From NCBI GenBank assembly GCA_963676615.1, contig OY781092.1, forward strand, positions 224,001 through 288,000: DNA of 64,000 bases, given 5' to 3'. The translations under genes and the position numbers were made by a program. Below, piece by piece: positions 60,185-64,000 of this stretch. Under the pieces are notes generated by a model. The model did not search any database, had not been told where the DNA came from, and saw only the letters and a program-made list of their open reading frames with translations. This DNA is from Candidatus Cloacimonadota bacterium (GTDB taxonomy: Bacteria; Cloacimonadota; Cloacimonadia; G963667145). Position 1 is the first letter of the stretch; every line of letters starts with the position of its first letter.

Positions 60185-60409
60185 ATGGTAAGATTTGAAG
60201 TAGAGACTTTGGGCACAGTGGCTTCTGTGTTGGTGGCTCTTTCGTTGTCGATGAAGTCGATGTTGGCGTTGCGAATCGTCAATTTAATCGGGGCAATCGC
60301 TTTGGTCATCTATGGCTATTTGATTTCGTCTGGACCTGTGCTTTTCTTGAATTTTTATGTTGGCTGCATGGATGTCTATTACATTTACAGAATTGTTAAA
60401 AAATCTTGA
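60185..60409 (+). CDS. Small inner-membrane protein (YgjV-like)
   Basis: LGTVASVLVALSLSMKSMLALRIVNLIGA...YG...PV..LN; RBS aaggag. Confidence 0.7.
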   Translation: MVRFEVETLGTVASVLVALSLSMKSMLALRIVNLIGAIALVIYGYLISSGPVLFLNFYVGCMDVYYIYRIVKKS

Positions 60410-60446
60410 CCGAATTTCGCCCTTTGGCGAGTGTAAATTGCAGAGT

Positions 60447-60524
60447 CGGGATGTAGCGCAGTCCGGATAGCGTACATGAATGGGGTTCATGTGGTCGCAG
60501 GTTCAAATCCTGTCATCCCGACCA
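60447..60524 (+). tRNA. tRNA-Pro(GGG)
   Basis: Anticodon arm CATGA-ATGGGGT-TCATG; CCA end. Confidence 0.93.
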
Positions 60525-60541
60525 TTTTGATTTTGAATTTT

Positions 60542-60581
60542 AAGCATCCTAAGGAGTTAAAACTTTTTAGATGCTTTTTTT
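60542..60581 (+). terminator. Terminator after tRNA-Pro(GGG)
   Basis: aagcatc...gatgctt stem plus T-run. Confidence 0.65.
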
Positions 60582-60657
60582 ATGTGAAAACGGGAAATTT
60601 CTAGATTATTTTTAGAAAATTTAGCCAAGAAAAATTTGGCGATTTTGGATAAAAAAA

Positions 60658-60732
60658 TGGCTCTGGAAGAGGGATTCGAACCCCCGACCTAGTGGTTAAC
60701 AGCCACCCGCTCTACCGCTGAGCTATTCCAGA
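60658..60732 (-). tRNA. tRNA-Asn(GUU)
   Basis: TCTGGAA acceptor, loop CTGTTAA, GGTTCGAATCC, CCA. Confidence 0.94.
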
Positions 60733-60837
60733 ACAATCAGGAACATACAAAATTTTGCCGTTGCGGTGTCAAATAAAAAAAAATATTTTGTGAGAATTGC
60801 CGCTGTTTGCTTTGTTTTTAGCGTGTATTTTGAAGTT

Positions 60838-62055
60838 TTACTCATACCGCAGTGCGTCGATGGGGTTGAGGTTTGCGGCTTTGCGCGCGGGATAGTAGCC
60901 AAAAAACACGCCGATTGTGCCAGAGAAGAGGAACGATACCAGAACGACCAGCGGGTGGATGCTTGTGCTGAGCGATGTGAAATGGCTAAGGCATGCGCAG
61001 ATGAGCATCGCCAAAAAAATTCCCGCAAGTCCGCCGAAAAGGCTGAGCGTGATCGATTCGGCGAGGAATTGCAAAAGCACATCGCTACTTCGCGCGCCGA
61101 TAGACAGGCGGATGCCGATTTCGCGGGTGCGCTCGGTGACCGACACCAGCATAATGTTCATAATCCCGATGCCGCCGACAATCAGTGATACGCCAGCGAT
61201 CGCTCCCAGCAGCAGCGTCAAAGTTTTCGAGGTTTGCGACGCCATTTGCGTGATTTGCGACTGCGTTCGTATTTCAAAATCGTTGCGGTCGTTTTTGTTC
61301 AATCTGTGGGCGATTCGCATAATTTGCTCCGCCTCTGTCTGGGCGAGTTCCAGCGCCTGCTCGTTTGCGGCGCTGATGTAAATCATATTGATTCTGTCGC
61401 CGCCTTTGAGCCGACTCAAGACGGTGGTAATCGGCGCGAGCACGACATCGTCTTGGTCGTTGCCCATTGCCGTTTCGCCCTTGCTCGCCAGCACTCCAAT
61501 CACCGTCAGCGGCGTGTTGTTGATGCGAACTTTTTGCCCAATGGGGTCGTTATCCCCAAAAAGTTGCTCAGCCACGGTGCTGCCGAGAACGGCGACCTTT
61601 TTTTTGTAGTTGACATCTTTTTGAGTGAAAAAAGCGCCTTTGGCAAGCTCCCAATCTTTGATGCCCAAAAATTGCTCGGAAACCCCTTCAACGCTGGTGT
61701 TCCAGTTGCCAGAACCGCCGATAATCTGCCCGCTGGTTCGGGCGCTACCCGAAACATATTTGAACTTGCTGCCGAATTTTTGCAACGCTTGACAATCGCT
61801 AAGCTTCATCCTGTTATAGCTCCCGCGCCCTTGATTTGCGCCGCCTCTGTTGGTGCGTGCGGGAAAAACCATCAGCAGATTTGAGCCCAGCGAGTTGATT
61901 TGCTGCTCGATTTTTTTTTGCGAGCCTTGCCCGATGGCGACCATCACGATCACCGAGCAGACGCCGATTATGATGCCCAAAGAGGTCAAGGCGCTGCGCA
62001 TCTTGTTTTTGCAAATGCTCTGTAAGGAGATTTTGAAAATTTTCCGCAATTTCAT
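60838..62055 (-). CDS. MacB-family ABC transporter permease
   Basis: RSALTSLGIIIGV, SLIVGGIGIMNIMLVSVTERTREIG, PIDALRYE. Confidence 0.93.
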   Translation of the reverse strand: MKLRKIFKISLQSICKNKMRSALTSLGIIIGVCSVIVMVAIGQGSQKKIEQQINSLGSNLLMVFPARTNRGGANQGRGSYNRMKLSDCQALQKFGSKFKYVSGSARTSGQIIGGSGNWNTSVEGVSEQFLGIKDWELAKGAFFTQKDVNYKKKVAVLGSTVAEQLFGDNDPIGQKVRINNTPLTVIGVLASKGETAMGNDQDDVVLAPITTVLSRLKGGDRINMIYISAANEQALELAQTEAEQIMRIAHRLNKNDRNDFEIRTQSQITQMASQTSKTLTLLLGAIAGVSLIVGGIGIMNIMLVSVTERTREIGIRLSIGARSSDVLLQFLAESITLSLFGGLAGIFLAMLICACLSHFTSLSTSIHPLVVLVSFLFSGTIGVFFGYYPARKAANLNPIDALRYE

Positions 62056-62792
62056 AACTCGCCCTTAGTCAATGATTTGAGGATTTCCTCGGCGTTGAGC
62101 CGATTTTCCACAGGCACATCTTGAACAATTTTGCCGTCTTTGAGCACAATCGACCGCTTGGTATAGCTGGCGATGTCCTGCTCGTGCGTCACCAAAATTA
62201 TCGTCTTGCCGCTTTCGTTGAGCTTCTGAAAAATGCTCATCACCTCCACCGAAGTTTTGCTGTCCAAATTGCCCGTCGGCTCGTCCGCCAAAATAATCGC
62301 AGGGTCGTTCACCAAAGCTCTGGCGATAGCCACCCGCTGTTGCTGTCCGCCCGATAACTGGCTGGGAATGTGGTCTGTCCGCGCAGCAAGCCCGACCGCT
62401 TCCAGCGCTTTCATCGCCAAAAACTTGGGATTTTTCACCTCTTTTTGATGATTATACAAAAGCGGTAGCTGCACATTTTCCAGCGCCGAAGTGCGTGGCA
62501 GCAGGTTAAATCCCTGAAAAACAAAGCCGATTTTTTGATTGCGGATAGCCGCATACTCGTTTTTACTGGCAGAAGCGGTGTTTTCGCCATCGAGCAAATA
62601 CTCGCCAGAAGTCGGCGCATCCAGACAGCCGAGAATGTTCATTAGCGTCGATTTTCCCGAGCCAGACGGACCCATAATCGCCACAAATTCGCCCGCAGAA
62701 ATATTGAAATCCACAGACTGCAACGCCCTCACTTCCTGACTACCCATCTGAAAACTCTTGCAGATTTTCCGCATCTGGATGACATTTTTCAC
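62052..62792 (-). CDS. MacB/LolD-type ABC transporter ATP-binding protein
   Basis: [33 protein letters not shown]; likely GTG start at 62792. Confidence 0.93.
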   Translation of the reverse strand: MKNVIQMRKICKSFQMGSQEVRALQSVDFNISAGEFVAIMGPSGSGKSTLMNILGCLDAPTSGEYLLDGENTASASKNEYAAIRNQKIGFVFQGFNLLPRTSALENVQLPLLYNHQKEVKNPKFLAMKALEAVGLAARTDHIPSQLSGGQQQRVAIARALVNDPAIILADEPTGNLDSKTSVEVMSIFQKLNESGKTIILVTHEQDIASYTKRSIVLKDGKIVQDVPVENRLNAEEILKSLTKGEL

Positions 62793-62802
62793 GGCTAAAC
62801 CC

Positions 62803-63983
62803 CTAGAAAAGCGAGCGTTGTCTGCGCCTGTCAGAAATTTGCGTTGTAGCGCCAGAATTTTTTTGCTTGCTGATAATCTGCTTGCCCTTTGCAATCTGCT
62901 CGTTCCCGTAAATCTCGACCTTCGTCCCGCAGGTCATCCCTTTTTTCACCCGCAGCGGCGTCAATCTGCCCTCGTCGTCCAAACACCAAAGCCTGCTCCA
63001 GCCTTCATCTCCATTTTTGGAACTCGCCCTTTTCGCTCGTTGCCCGCTCTCACTTCCAAAATTCGGCGAAAAATCGAAATTGTAGCTACTCACATAAAAA
63101 ACGCCCTTTTTCTCCTCAATTGTGAAGTCCAAAGTCGCCGTCATTCCAGGCAAAAGCAGCCCAGAATCGTTCTGCGCATCGACAATCACCGTGTAATTTA
63201 CGACATTAGAAATCGTCTCGGGCTGTAGCCGAATTTGCTTCACAATCCCCGAAAAGCTCTGCTCTGGAAACGCTTCCACCGAAAAAGTCGCGCGCATCCC
63301 CTTTTTAATCTGCCCGATATCGCTTTCGTCAACTTTGGCGTAAATCTCCATATTGGCAAGATTTTTGGCGATGCTGAAAAGCGTTGGTGCAGAAAGACTT
63401 GCAGCCACAGTTTGTCCCGCTTCGATGCTCCTGTCGATGACTTTGCCGTCGATTGGCGAGCGGATAATCGAATATTTGGCGATGTCCAGCTTGATTTTTT
63501 GCACATTGGTTTTGGCGGAAATCAGCTCGGCTTTGGCGGTCTTGAAGTTTTTCTCGGAAGTCAGTAGCTCCAGCTCGGAAATCACTTTTTGCTTATAAAG
63601 TTTTTTGTCGGTCGAATATTGCAGTTTGTTCAGCTTGAAATCGGTCTCCGCCTTTATCTGTGCGGCGATGGCGCTCTGCAGGTTGATGTGCAGAAGCGTC
63701 GTGTCCAAAATCGCCAGAATTTGCCCCTTTTTGACATCGTCGTTGAAATCAGCGAGCACTTGGCTGACAGTGCCCGAAAGCTCCGTGCCAACATCGACGC
63801 TGCCCACTGGCTCAAGCGTCCCTGTGCAGGAAATCGAGTTTAGCAAATCGCCTTTTTCGATTGTGTCAAAAGTGAACTCGGGCGAACTTTGGCTTGTCCG
63901 TAGCAGTAAAAACCGCCGACTGCCAGCAAAAAAACGCCGCACAGCAGCGCGATTTTGCGCTTTGTGAATATTTTTTTCGTCAT
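62803..63983 (-). CDS. MacA-like periplasmic adaptor with an apparent 1-nt frameshift near the 5' end
   Basis: VDVGTELSG, VKKGQILA, GQTVAASLSAPTLF, VDESDIG; anchor-encoding start at 63983 is in a different frame from the body. Confidence 0.8.
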
Positions 63984-64000
63984 TAGGTAACTCCGTTTTT

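Noticed and set aside
43589..60732. Integrative element at a tRNA
   Set aside because: No integrase, phage genes or duplicated tRNA 3' ends found.

Overview
Mostly housekeeping chromosome of a diderm anaerobic bacterium (LPS genes kdsD/gmhA, TolC, TonB-dependent receptor, class III ribonucleotide reductase). Cloacimonadota or a related FCB-like lineage is my guess from overall protein character and is not verified. The window has about 50 CDS, 6 tRNAs, SRP RNA, a cobalamin riboswitch and one complete IS256-family element. No CRISPR array, prophage or rRNA was seen. Highlights: (1) an AT-rich two-gene cassette, a cysteine hydrolase (isochorismatase/nicotinamidase family) plus a CorA-like 2-TM protein split by the IS256 and exactly reconstructable, which is a candidate undescribed defence or signalling system; (2) a duplicated module of large lipoprotein plus outer-membrane beta-barrel (2 lipoproteins, 3 barrel paralogues) interleaved with LPS sugar genes; (3) a B12-riboswitch BtuB/BtuG-like pair; (4) a small zinc-ribbon protein resembling spirochaete ribosomal protein bL38; (5) a 59-aa ORF missed by the track; (6) a homopolymer frameshift in macA.
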